Source: a virus
Taxonomy: Duplodnaviria > Caudoviricetes
Length of the DNA: 61,455 nucleotides
Direction: 5' to 3' (one strand)
IMG/VR virus record: IMGVR_UViG_3300032893_000045
Span: 1 to 61,455 of that record
The translations under genes and the position numbers were made by a program. Every line of letters starts with the position of its first letter. The stretch's first letter is position 1. The notes beneath the pieces were generated by a model that searched no databases, was not told the DNA's origin, and saw only the letters and a list, made by a program, of their open reading frames with translations. Shown in pieces: positions 46,456-55,164 of the stretch.

Positions 46456-46776
46456 ATGGAGAGCATCTGGACGCCGCTGTGGGACAAGGTCATCGTGGAG
46501 CGCGAGGCCCCCGACGAGAAGCTCTCGAAGGAGGCCGACATCGTCGTTGCCGACGCCCACAAGCGCCGGAAGAACCGGGGGATCGTGCTCTCGACCGGCC
46601 CCGGCCGTCTGACGTCCAGCGGGGCGGTGGTGCCGCTGTACGTGAAGGTCGGGATGCAGGTGCTCTTCGGCGAGCATTCGGGCATCGACCTCGAGGAGAA
46701 GGACCACGTCATGCTGCGCGAGGACGAGATCCTCGCGTGCCGCGAGGTGGCCGCGGAGGAAGTCGCCGCGGCGTAG
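46456..46776 (+). CDS. groES: Co-chaperonin GroES-like
   Basis: PLWDKVIV..GIVLSTGPGR..PLYVKVGMQVLFGEHSG..MLREDEILA; AGGAGG RBS. Confidence 0.92.
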   Translation: MESIWTPLWDKVIVEREAPDEKLSKEADIVVADAHKRRKNRGIVLSTGPGRLTSSGAVVPLYVKVGMQVLFGEHSGIDLEEKDHVMLREDEILACREVAAEEVAAA

Positions 46777-46792
46777 AAACGGAGGCCGTTCC

Positions 46793-47011
46793 ATGCCGGG
46801 CATGAAGGCGACGATGGACGAGTGGAAGGCCGGGACGCTGCACAGCGGCAGCAAGACCGGCCCCGTCGTGACGAACCAGAAGCAGGCCGTCGCCATCGGG
46901 CTCAGCGAGGAGCGCAAGGCCGGCGGTGACGTTCCGCCTCCGCCGAAGAAGAAGCGGCAACCGCGCGTCACGGCTTCGCAGGCTGCGGACGCGCTGGCCG
47001 CGCGAGGCTGA
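46793..47011 (+). CDS. DUF6496-like small basic protein with shared C-terminal motif
   Basis: M.EWKAGTLHSGS..V.N.KQAVAIGLSE; ends RVTASQAADALAARG. Confidence 0.75.
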   Translation: MPGMKATMDEWKAGTLHSGSKTGPVVTNQKQAVAIGLSEERKAGGDVPPPPKKKRQPRVTASQAADALAARG

Positions 47012-47022
47012 AGGAGACTCCG

Positions 47023-47271
47023 ATGGCAGAGCACTGGATGAAAGAGGCGTTCGGGGAGAACCGGGGTGCGCTGCACCGCGAGCTCCACGTTCCGGAGGAC
47101 CAGCCGATCCCGGCGTCGAAGCTCCAGAAGGCCGAGCACTCGTCGAATCCGCTGCTGCGGAAGCGGGCGGTGGCGGGCGAGACCGGAGCGCGGATCGCGC
47201 GGGCCCACGCCCGCAAGCGCAGCAAGGCGACCGCGGCCCAGGCGGCGGACGCGATGGCGTCTCGAGGCTGA
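47023..47271 (+). CDS. Small basic phage protein with shared C-terminal motif
   Basis: W..A..GALHRELHVP..IPASKL.KA..KRA..ET; ends KATAAQAADAMASRG. Confidence 0.75.
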   Translation: MAEHWMKEAFGENRGALHRELHVPEDQPIPASKLQKAEHSSNPLLRKRAVAGETGARIARAHARKRSKATAAQAADAMASRG

Positions 47272-47272
47272 C

Positions 47273-47650
47273 GTGGACGCTGCCGCGCTCGCTGACGCGA
47301 TGGCTGATGCGGCTGGCAACCTGCGCTATGGGATGCCGACCTCCCAGAAGGAGGTCCTGGCAGCCGGCCGGCGCCTGCCGGGGGCGCCGATCGACAACTC
47401 CGCAGACCAGGACGTCGCGAACCGCTACGCCGCCGGCTACCTGTTCACCATGCAGCATCCGGACCTGGCACCCTACGTGATGCCCGTGGCGAACTTCCTC
47501 CACGGACTCTTCGGAGACGACCCGTCCGTCCAGAGCTACGCCCAGGAGGGCATGAACCGTGCGCTGGTCGACACACAGAACGCGAGACGGCAGGGGGTGC
47601 CGGCGGCGGCGGTCTACGCTTCGCTCGCAGCGGGGCTAGCCCCCAGGTAA
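47273..47650 (+). CDS. Hypothetical protein
   Basis: GTG start after GAGG; begins DAAALADAMADA. Confidence 0.55.
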   Translation: MDAAALADAMADAAGNLRYGMPTSQKEVLAAGRRLPGAPIDNSADQDVANRYAAGYLFTMQHPDLAPYVMPVANFLHGLFGDDPSVQSYAQEGMNRALVDTQNARRQGVPAAAVYASLAAGLAPR

Positions 47651-47663
47651 AGGAGCATTGAAG

Positions 47664-48854
47664 ATGAAGCGACTCTCGCTGTTGCTGCTGGCTCTGCTGG
47701 CGGCGGCGCCGCTCTGGGCTCAGACGGAGGTGCGGATCAACCGTCAGTCGAGATCGACGACGCTCCAGTCGGGCTACGACCTCAACGCGGCCGCCCAGAA
47801 CGACGCTCGGATCTTCGCCGACACGAACGTCGTCGCGTCGAACACCTACACGCTCTCAGGCCAGCCGGACGTGTGCCGGCTCCAGACGATCACGATCACG
47901 GACGCGAACTCGTCGATCACCGCCGGAATCGTCACGATCGTCGGCCTCGACTGCGTGGGCCGGGCGCGGACCTGCACGTTCGACTTCTCCGTCGTCGCCA
48001 CGCGCGGCTCCGGGGCGAAGGTGCTGACCTCGAACGGGCCCCTCGGCGCCGGATGCTACCTGTCCTCAGTGACGAGCGTCAGCGACGCCTCAATGACGGG
48101 CATCGACGCAGGGACCGACAAGATCCGCATGGGGGACTCGAGCACGGGCAACTTCCTCCAGTGGGCCACCTGGGGCCAGCTCCTACCTCCCGGCGCGTCC
48201 GGCGAGAACCGGGTCGACCCCTTCGGCCGCTACGATCCGCAGCCCGGCTACAACCTCATCACCACGGGAGGCGCAGCCTCGACCACCGTGACCGGCGTCT
48301 CCACGAACAACGCCTTCACGAACGTCCTCCAGGGCGACCTCATCACCTTCATAATCAACAACCAGCGCTACGAGCGCAAGGTGACGGCACGCGGCTCCGC
48401 CAACTCGATCACCATCTCGAGCCCGGCCGTGAAGATCCCCGCAGGAGGCGTGCCCTTCCAGTATGCCCACTGGTACGTGACCGCGGATCCGACGGACGAC
48501 TTCTCCGTTGACCTCACGGCGGGCTGGCGAGCGCTGGTCCTCACCTGGTCCGTGGACAACAACGTGGACACGGGCGGCGTCTACATGAAGCTCGAGTGCT
48601 CGACTGAGAGGACGCCGGCCTGGCCGACGGCTCCTTGGGTCGTGGTCCCATCGCGGACCTCGCCGATCACTTGTGACTCGAACGGATGCGCCGTCGCTTC
48701 AGCAGCCACACAGATCCCAGTGGAGGAGTCGGTCAACCTCGACCTCTCTCTCTTCTCGCGGTGCCGCGTTGGCTGGCGATTCGGGACAGCAGACGACGCG
48801 GACGGAGCAGGGAACACCGAGTCACTGAACGCCCAGATCACGCTCGGCCGGTAG
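47664..48854 (+). CDS. Secreted beta-rich protein with Sec signal peptide
   Basis: MKRLSLLLLALLAAAPLWA-Q; Thr/Gly/Ser-rich; 8 Cys in the mature part. Confidence 0.75.
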   Translation: MKRLSLLLLALLAAAPLWAQTEVRINRQSRSTTLQSGYDLNAAAQNDARIFADTNVVASNTYTLSGQPDVCRLQTITITDANSSITAGIVTIVGLDCVGRARTCTFDFSVVATRGSGAKVLTSNGPLGAGCYLSSVTSVSDASMTGIDAGTDKIRMGDSSTGNFLQWATWGQLLPPGASGENRVDPFGRYDPQPGYNLITTGGAASTTVTGVSTNNAFTNVLQGDLITFIINNQRYERKVTARGSANSITISSPAVKIPAGGVPFQYAHWYVTADPTDDFSVDLTAGWRALVLTWSVDNNVDTGGVYMKLECSTERTPAWPTAPWVVVPSRTSPITCDSNGCAVASAATQIPVEESVNLDLSLFSRCRVGWRFGTADDADGAGNTESLNAQITLGR

Positions 48855-48865
48855 GAGGGAAAGCG

Positions 48866-49405
48866 ATGCGACGAGTGCTCTTCGTCATCCTCGCCCTCCT
48901 GTCCACGCCCGCTTGGGCCCAGGTCTACACGTATCCATCGACAGGTGGATCGGGCGGCCTGGACCACTGGCCGAAGCCCCTCAATAAGCTCCAAGTCACG
49001 CTCTCGGCCGCCCAGATGGATAGCCTCTACTCCTCCCCCATCACTCTGCTGGCGGGTAAGTCGGGATACTTCTACGACGTCTTCCAGATGGTGATCGTCA
49101 AGGAAGACACGGTCGCCTTCTCCTCGGTGGGGCAGAATCTCACGCTCTCTTGGAATGCGAGTCCTGCTGTTTCCATCTTCACCTGGGCCGTTACGAGTTG
49201 GCTCACTTCGACGAACGTCGGCAGCGCTCGTTGGGGGCGCTTGGGCCAGCCCCAGTGGCAGATCGACGAGGCTGCGGCGAACCTTGGCGGGAAAGGACTC
49301 GTGCTCTCGCTTCCCACCGGAGACATGACGGGCGGAGGCCCCTGCACGGTCTACATCTGGTACTGGCAGGTTCCGGACACGAGCGCGGGACTGGCTGGGC
49401 TCTAG
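48866..49405 (+). CDS. Secreted beta-sandwich-like protein with Sec signal peptide
   Basis: MRRVLFVILALLSTPAWA-Q; GGAGGG RBS. Confidence 0.7.
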   Translation: MRRVLFVILALLSTPAWAQVYTYPSTGGSGGLDHWPKPLNKLQVTLSAAQMDSLYSSPITLLAGKSGYFYDVFQMVIVKEDTVAFSSVGQNLTLSWNASPAVSIFTWAVTSWLTSTNVGSARWGRLGQPQWQIDEAAANLGGKGLVLSLPTGDMTGGGPCTVYIWYWQVPDTSAGLAGL

Positions 49406-49725
49406 CGCACGCGCAGGTTCCGGACGGCGATCGCCCCGCCGACGACTCCGAAGCTCGCCGCCAGCCATCCGGCCGTCCGCCCATGCCCGCGCCTCCGCAG
49501 CGCGTGGCACCCGTAACCCACGGCGCCGGCCACCGCCAGCTTCGCGAACGGAGAGCCCAGCACGGGATTCGCTTCCCGGCAGCCCGCGCAGCGGTTGAGC
49601 ACGTAGTACGTGCTCCCCAGATCCGCCGCCTGACCTCCCAGGATCAGCGTCCAGTTGAGCCCCTCGCCCGCTACGGCGGGCGCGGCCAGAGCCGTCAGAA
49701 GCAGCACGGTCAAGATCCTCTTCAT
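49402..49725 (-). CDS. Small exported/membrane protein, antisense to the structural operon
   Basis: Signal-like N-terminus; AADLGSTYY..CREANP motif; shared promoter motif upstream. Confidence 0.7.
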   Translation of the reverse strand: MKRILTVLLLTALAAPAVAGEGLNWTLILGGQAADLGSTYYVLNRCAGCREANPVLGSPFAKLAVAGAVGYGCHALRRRGHGRTAGWLAASFGVVGGAIAVRNLRVR

Positions 49726-49738
49726 GCGCGGTAGCTTC

Positions 49739-49803
49739 TCGCACGCATGTCATCCGGGTCAAGCGGAAAACGCTTGACAGGGGTCCGAGGACGGGCGCAG
49801 GAT
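49739..49803. promoter_or_regulatory. Divergent promoter pair with palindromic -35 boxes
   Basis: GTCAAGCG-gaaaa-CGCTTGAC (49758-49778); rightward TTGACA-N18-CAGGAT; shared motif at 49739-49752. Confidence 0.65.
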
Positions 49804-49809
49804 GGCCGG

Positions 49810-50290
49810 CGTTCGTCGGCCGGACAGACGAACGGCCCGGGAGACCGGAGGATCAACCCGGGCCGGAGTGCCTGCTGGGGTCACAGCAGGGCGTGGGAGG
49901 ACATTTTCCCACACCAAGCTGGACCCTGCAAGGAGAGAACGGGGACCTCTTTGGGTCTGGCTGCGACAACTCGGCGAGCAGAAACCGTCCAGGGGCTCCG
50001 CGCCCAGCAGCACGCGGACCTCCTGCGCGCGAGGCAAGAGAGGGAGACCCCCCAGCCCGCGCACCGCGAAACCCTCCCTATACCGGAAGTTCGGAGCCTT
50101 CTTTGCCTTGAAGGCGCTGAGCCGGGGACTCGTGCCGGCGCTCGTGCGTGGGCTCGGGGCTGGGCTGGGCTCGGGGCTGACAGGAACCGTCTCACCGACT
50201 GAACTTCCGGGTAGGGCTGGGAGGAGCGGGGGGCGGGGGGTCGGTGTGCCAAGGAGACAACGTATAGCGCAGGAGGCTGCTTCGACCCCA
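49810..50290 (+). ncRNA. Candidate large structured non-coding RNA
   Basis: At least 9 complementary segment pairs found by eye; upstream promoter; no credible ORF. Confidence 0.6.
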
Positions 50291-50295
50291 ATTCC

Positions 50296-50324
50296 TTGAC
50301 ACGCTACCGAAGGTAACGCATCAT
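50296..50324 (+). promoter_or_regulatory. Promoter TTGACA-N17-CATCAT for the scaffold/capsid operon, with palindromic spacer
   Basis: The spacer CGCTACC-GAA-GGTAACG is a near-perfect inverted repeat. Confidence 0.65.
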
Positions 50325-50368
50325 GCAGCCGTCCGAAGCGGGCGCCGCCCGCCCGCAGGAGGCGCACG

Positions 50369-51430
50369 ATGTCAGACGCACCAGTGGCCGACGCGGTCCC
50401 AGCCGAACCGACGGAACCCGTCGAGCCCACCGAGCCGCCCTCGGGAGAAGGAGAACCGGAGCCGGCGCCGCCCGCCGAGCCTGGCGAAGACGAGCCTCAA
50501 GACCTGAAGGACCTCCGAGCGAAGTACCCCGGGGAAGACGACGCGAAGCTGTTGCGGCGCCTGGCCCCCTCGTACTGGGAGCAGACGAGAGAAATCTCCC
50601 GACTCCACAAGGAACGCAGCGACTCGACGGTCGAGGAGCTACGCAACCGCGTGAAGGAGCTCGAGGCTCGAACGGCGCCGCCCGCCGACAAGAACGAGCC
50701 ACCCCCTCCAGAGATCCAGAGACTCGAGCAGGAGATCACGAGCCTCACGCAGGAACGCGACGGCCTGTACCAGCAGCAGGCGGCCGCCCTCCAGCAACTC
50801 ACCGAGACGAACGTCAAGATCGAGCGGCTGAAGGGGCAGGTCGAGTCGCCGCACACGCCCGAGGACGAGAAGCCGCACATCCAGCGGAGCATCGACGCCC
50901 TCGAAGCGCGATACGCGGCCATCTACGCGCAATGGCAGAGCTCCGGCCTCGACGCGAAGCGGACCCAGCGCGAACTGAGCCATCTCGTGAACGAACGAGA
51001 CTGGACGAAGCAGGTCGTCACCGAGCGCGCGGCCAGGCAAAAGCAGGAGCAGGAGCAGGCCCAGACCGACCTCAAGGCGGTCGTGGCGGACGTAGACGCG
51101 CAGATCGCAAAGACCGTGACGGACCTGAAATTCGGGGACTTGGCGGACGACGCCAAGGAGTACATCTTCACCAAGGTCACGAACGACTTCCGGAAGCTCG
51201 GGAACACCCCGGTCGGCGACATCGACGTGGAGGGCCTCGTCAGGCAACACGCCGAGAAGTACGCCAAGATCAGCCGCCTCGAAGCCCGTCGCGACTTCGC
51301 CAAGAGAAGCGAGAACAAGGCTGCGGTCTCCGGCCGCCCAGGCGCGCCGGCCCCGCGCTCCGCTCCCCCGAAGCCGCCACTAGACCAGATGGCGAGGGCG
51401 AGAAAGGCCCTCGAAGCGAAGGGGTGGTAG
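50369..51430 (+). CDS. Capsid scaffolding protein
   Basis: Acidic Pro/Glu N-terminus and long coiled coil; directly upstream of the capsid gene. Confidence 0.8.
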   Translation: MSDAPVADAVPAEPTEPVEPTEPPSGEGEPEPAPPAEPGEDEPQDLKDLRAKYPGEDDAKLLRRLAPSYWEQTREISRLHKERSDSTVEELRNRVKELEARTAPPADKNEPPPPEIQRLEQEITSLTQERDGLYQQQAAALQQLTETNVKIERLKGQVESPHTPEDEKPHIQRSIDALEARYAAIYAQWQSSGLDAKRTQRELSHLVNERDWTKQVVTERAARQKQEQEQAQTDLKAVVADVDAQIAKTVTDLKFGDLADDAKEYIFTKVTNDFRKLGNTPVGDIDVEGLVRQHAEKYAKISRLEARRDFAKRSENKAAVSGRPGAPAPRSAPPKPPLDQMARARKALEAKGW

Positions 51431-51449
51431 GCGGCCTGAAGGACCCGAC

Positions 51450-52721
51450 ATGACCACGGGCGCCATCGAGGACATCAGCGCCGAGTTGAAGACGCAGTAC
51501 CCGCCGGGGACGTTCGAGGAGCCGGTCAACAAGAACGCCCCGTACCGCAAGAGCCTCCAGAACGTGAACCTCGTCGTGCGCGAGGGCTACACCGCCGTGG
51601 TGCCCCTCGGCGTGGCGAGCGCCTGGAACGTCGCCTCGCCGGCAGACGCCGGCCCGGCCCAGGCCCCGATCGACCCGACCCGCGTGCAGGGCACGGTGAA
51701 CCCGGAGCTCTTCGTCGGTTCGTTCCAGATCGGCGTCAAGACGAAGAACATGGCGACCTCGGGGAAGAGCACGTTCAACCCCGGGGGCATCCTGCCCGAC
51801 CGCGTCGAGTCGACCGTGGCGGACCTCGGCAAGTACATCGAGGAGGTCTACGTCGGCTCCAACCGCGGCCGCCTCGCGATCGTCGCGACCAACCCCGGCG
51901 CGAACCAGTTCACCTGCGACGTGCCGATGCTCGATCTGCTGCTCCACAAGAACAAGCGGATCATGGCCTTCGACGCGCTCCAGTCCGGCAACTACCGGGG
52001 CTCGAGCGCGGCCGACGGACGGAAGATCACGGTCCTCGACCGCTCGACCCACACCGTCACCTACGACGGTGCCGACATGGGCGCGGTGGCCCCGGGCGAC
52101 TCGATCTTCATCCAGGGCACCTACGGCCGGACCCACTGGTCCCTGCGGGACATCGTGGACGACGGCACGCTCTGCCTGACGATCTACGGGCAGTCGCGGA
52201 ACACCTACCCCGAGCTCAAGGCGTTCGTCCAGAACGGCTCCGCGGGCTACCGGGACCTCAACGAGGCCCTGATCCTGGACATCATCGCGAACATCGCTCG
52301 CGAGACCGGCCAGAAGGTCACGCGGGCCCTCGCCAACGACGGCCAGGGCCGCAAGTACGTGGAGTTCATCCAGGCCGAGCGCCGCTACATGGGCCCGACC
52401 GGCTCCGACGTCAAGTACACGATCGGCTACAAGGACGGCTCGCTGAAGATCCTGGCGCCGGGCGTGGACGTCGACCTCGAGGCGGCGCCGGACGCGGAGC
52501 CGGGCGCGATCTTCTTCCTGACCTGGTCCACCTTCGGCCGCTACGAAGGCATGTCGATGGACTGGATCGACGACGACGCGCTCCTGCACCTGATCCCCGG
52601 CACCTCCGTGCACTCGATGGGCTTCCTGGCCTACGTGGGCTCGATCGAGAACCAGATCAACACGATGCCCCGAGCCAACGGCAAGCTCGGCAGCCTCAAC
52701 GACCCGATCCTGGGCACGTAG
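51450..52721 (+). CDS. Major capsid protein, 423 aa
   Basis: Position after the scaffold; strongly biased codons; size; LK..Y, IYG.SR.TYP and PRANGKL motifs. Confidence 0.85.
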   Translation: MTTGAIEDISAELKTQYPPGTFEEPVNKNAPYRKSLQNVNLVVREGYTAVVPLGVASAWNVASPADAGPAQAPIDPTRVQGTVNPELFVGSFQIGVKTKNMATSGKSTFNPGGILPDRVESTVADLGKYIEEVYVGSNRGRLAIVATNPGANQFTCDVPMLDLLLHKNKRIMAFDALQSGNYRGSSAADGRKITVLDRSTHTVTYDGADMGAVAPGDSIFIQGTYGRTHWSLRDIVDDGTLCLTIYGQSRNTYPELKAFVQNGSAGYRDLNEALILDIIANIARETGQKVTRALANDGQGRKYVEFIQAERRYMGPTGSDVKYTIGYKDGSLKILAPGVDVDLEAAPDAEPGAIFFLTWSTFGRYEGMSMDWIDDDALLHLIPGTSVHSMGFLAYVGSIENQINTMPRANGKLGSLNDPILGT

Positions 52722-52748
52722 AGGCAGCGCCCCAGATGAATGAGCGGC

Positions 52749-52784
52749 GCCCCCCGTCACGGCTCGCCGAGCGTGGCGGGGGGT
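52749..52784 (+). other. GC-rich hairpin after the capsid gene, without a U-tract
   Basis: GCCCCCCGTCACG pairs with CGTGGCGGGGGGT. Confidence 0.55.
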
Positions 52785-52802
52785 AGCCCAAAGAGGGAGA
52801 AC

Positions 52803-54020
52803 ATGAAGCTCCGCAACTTCTTTCTGATCGGGTGCGCCGCGCTTCTGCTGGCAGCGCCCGCGTGGGCCCAGTACCAGCCGGGCACGTCCGGGGGCATCCA
52901 GACCTTCACAGGCGTCACCGCGGGCGTCATCACGGCATCGAAGCCCGTCGTCGTCGACGTGAACAAGGACGTCAAGACCTTCCGGAACGTCTACGTCCTG
53001 TCGATCCAGGGGACGGCGGGGAGCGGCCTCAACCAGGCCGGGACCAACGTCTCGCTGGCGGCAGGCATCGGCACCGGGACCGGCGCCTCGGGGGCTCTCA
53101 TCGGGCAGGTCGCGCCTCCCGGGACGAGCGGCTCCGGCGCCAACTCGCTCGCCACGGCTTTCAGCTTCGGCGGCCTTTCGTACTCCATCGGCGGCTACGC
53201 CCAGGTCTCCGGCGGGGCCGTCGCGAGCAACAGCACGATCGCAGGCGTGAACGGAACCGGCACGAACCAGGTGGGCGGCAACCTCACGCTGACCGCCGGG
53301 CTCGGCACGGGCACGGGGACCGCCGGGACGCTGACCGGCCAGGTCGGGCCTCCGCTCGGGACCGGCTCGACGCAGGCGACGGCCCAGAACGTCTTCAACT
53401 TCGCCGGGACGAGCTACTCGATCGGCGGCTACTCGCAGATCTCCGGCGGCGCGGCCGCGGCGGCGTCGACGATCACGGGCGTCAACGGCGTCGGTACGGA
53501 TCAGGCCGGCGGCAGCCTCACGCTCGCTCCGGGAGCCGGCAGCGGTGCCGGCGGGACCGGGACGCTCGTAGCGATCCAGCGCAACCTCCCCGTCACGACC
53601 GGCGCTGCGACCCAGAACCAGGCTCCGGGACTCATCGTCTGTCCCCGCAAGACGCTCTCGACCTCGACCGGGACGGCGCAGGCTGTCGCCAACGTGGCCG
53701 TGGGAGCGAACGGTGCCGGCTCGATCCACGCCTGGATCACCGTGACCTGCAACGACGGGACGAACTTCGACAGCAACACCGTGGACGTCTACCAGGCATA
53801 CGTCGACAAGGCGTCCTCCTTCACGTTCGGCACGCCGACGGCCGGGACCGCGGCCGCGGCGAACAACTCCGGATCGTGCACGGTGGTTCCGACCTTCGTG
53901 GCGAACGGAACCGGAGTCGACGTGAAGGTCACGCCGGCCTTCACGACGATCGTGCCAACAGCCGTTTACGGGTACACGACGTTGCAGAACAACGGGGACG
54001 GAGCCGTTACCTGTCAGTGA
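52803..54020 (+). CDS. Gly/Thr-rich repetitive fibre/decoration-like protein with Sec signal peptide
   Basis: MKLRNFFLIGCAALLLAAPAWA-Q; three copies of G.GT(N/D)Q.G..L(S/T)L.(A/P)G.G(T/S)G.G..G.L; GAGGGAG RBS. Confidence 0.75.
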   Translation: MKLRNFFLIGCAALLLAAPAWAQYQPGTSGGIQTFTGVTAGVITASKPVVVDVNKDVKTFRNVYVLSIQGTAGSGLNQAGTNVSLAAGIGTGTGASGALIGQVAPPGTSGSGANSLATAFSFGGLSYSIGGYAQVSGGAVASNSTIAGVNGTGTNQVGGNLTLTAGLGTGTGTAGTLTGQVGPPLGTGSTQATAQNVFNFAGTSYSIGGYSQISGGAAAAASTITGVNGVGTDQAGGSLTLAPGAGSGAGGTGTLVAIQRNLPVTTGAATQNQAPGLIVCPRKTLSTSTGTAQAVANVAVGANGAGSIHAWITVTCNDGTNFDSNTVDVYQAYVDKASSFTFGTPTAGTAAAANNSGSCTVVPTFVANGTGVDVKVTPAFTTIVPTAVYGYTTLQNNGDGAVTCQ

Positions 54021-54086
54021 CGTCCAACCGACGCAACCCGTGGGCCGCCGCGAAGACCGCGGCCGCCTAGCACGGAGGGAAAACAG

Positions 54087-54443
54087 ATGGCAGTCAAGCT
54101 GAAGCGATTCTCGAGCACGACGGCCGCGGCGCTCTCCTCGACCTCGTGCTTCGGCACGAGCCGGCAGGCGGCGCAGTTCTTGGAGGTCGCCAACGCCCCG
54201 CAGGCGAACGGCTCCCCGAGCAGCGGCGTCGTCTTCCTGGGGCCGTCGACCGTGACGAGCGCTGGCCTGAACGCGACGAAGGCGCTGGCTCCGGGCCAGA
54301 CCTTCACGCTCCCGATCGGAGGCGGCTGGGCCGGCTTCCTCGTCGACCTCAGTTCGCTCTACGTCGTCTGCTCGGACGGCACGACGTTCGCCGACCTCAC
54401 GCTCGTCACCGCCGACGGGCGCAGGATCCCGACGCAGATCTGA
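54087..54443 (+). CDS. Small beta-rich virion protein
   Basis: GGAGGG RBS; structural module. Confidence 0.6.
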   Translation: MAVKLKRFSSTTAAALSSTSCFGTSRQAAQFLEVANAPQANGSPSSGVVFLGPSTVTSAGLNATKALAPGQTFTLPIGGGWAGFLVDLSSLYVVCSDGTTFADLTLVTADGRRIPTQI

Positions 54444-54445
54444 CG

Positions 54446-55159
54446 ATGGGCTGGCGCGACTGGCAGCGTAGGCGCATCGAGGTCCCGCTCGACCGTCAGG
54501 TCGACACCTGGCGTGTCGGCGGCCCCGACGTGCATACCTGCGTCGCGCCGCCCGGCTTCGAGAAGGATCCGGCCGTCACCGCCGCGATCCGAGAGTTCGA
54601 CCCGGGCGTCATCCCGATGTGGCGCGTCCAAATCTGGCTGCCGCCCGGGGAGTTCCAGCCGTACCTCGCCGTGCATCATGTGATCGGCCGTCACTACCCC
54701 CATCCGCGCTACCTCCGACGCCAGTTCCACGTCGAGGTCCCGCAGGGCTGGGAAGGGCCGGTGCCGAACTTCCTCGATGCCGTGCTCGAGGACCGTGAGG
54801 CGACGAAGTGGACCGGGCCCGCGGGCTACCTGCCGTGGGACTGGTCGGCGTACCGCTGGTGCCGCTTCCAGTACGAGGCGCTGACGGTTGCCGCCTACTA
54901 CGAGCGCGTGAAGGCGGCGCGAGAGCGCCAGGACCGCGCCCGCGACGGTGCCTTCAGCGAGCTCGAGTACCGAACGAAGGACTTCGAGCGCTGGGCGCTA
55001 CATCACCTCGAGAAGCACAACGTCAGCGATCAGGACTGGCAGGAGTACCAGGAGCTCGTTCGTCGCGGACGACAGCGAAAGCCGTTCGTGCAGATGCCGG
55101 GCCCGGCGGCCGCCCCCCGGGCCTTCACCCCACACGGGGCCGCCCCCCGGGAAGGATAG
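54446..55159 (+). CDS. Hypothetical Trp-rich protein
   Basis: ATG two bases after the upstream stop; globular composition. Confidence 0.6.
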   Translation: MGWRDWQRRRIEVPLDRQVDTWRVGGPDVHTCVAPPGFEKDPAVTAAIREFDPGVIPMWRVQIWLPPGEFQPYLAVHHVIGRHYPHPRYLRRQFHVEVPQGWEGPVPNFLDAVLEDREATKWTGPAGYLPWDWSAYRWCRFQYEALTVAAYYERVKAARERQDRARDGAFSELEYRTKDFERWALHHLEKHNVSDQDWQEYQELVRRGRQRKPFVQMPGPAAAPRAFTPHGAAPREG

Positions 55160-55164
55160 ACGCG

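Noticed and set aside
49747-50430. Protein-coding ORFs across the structured region
   Set aside because: Overlapping low-complexity ORFs in several frames lack RBS and motifs; the nested complementarity is better explained by RNA structure, though a leaderless 49802 ORF is not formally excluded.
52719-52803. Stop-codon readthrough fusing the capsid to the downstream in-frame ORF
   Set aside because: A second in-frame stop (TGA at 52737-52739) follows the TAG, and the downstream gene has its own RBS and signal peptide.
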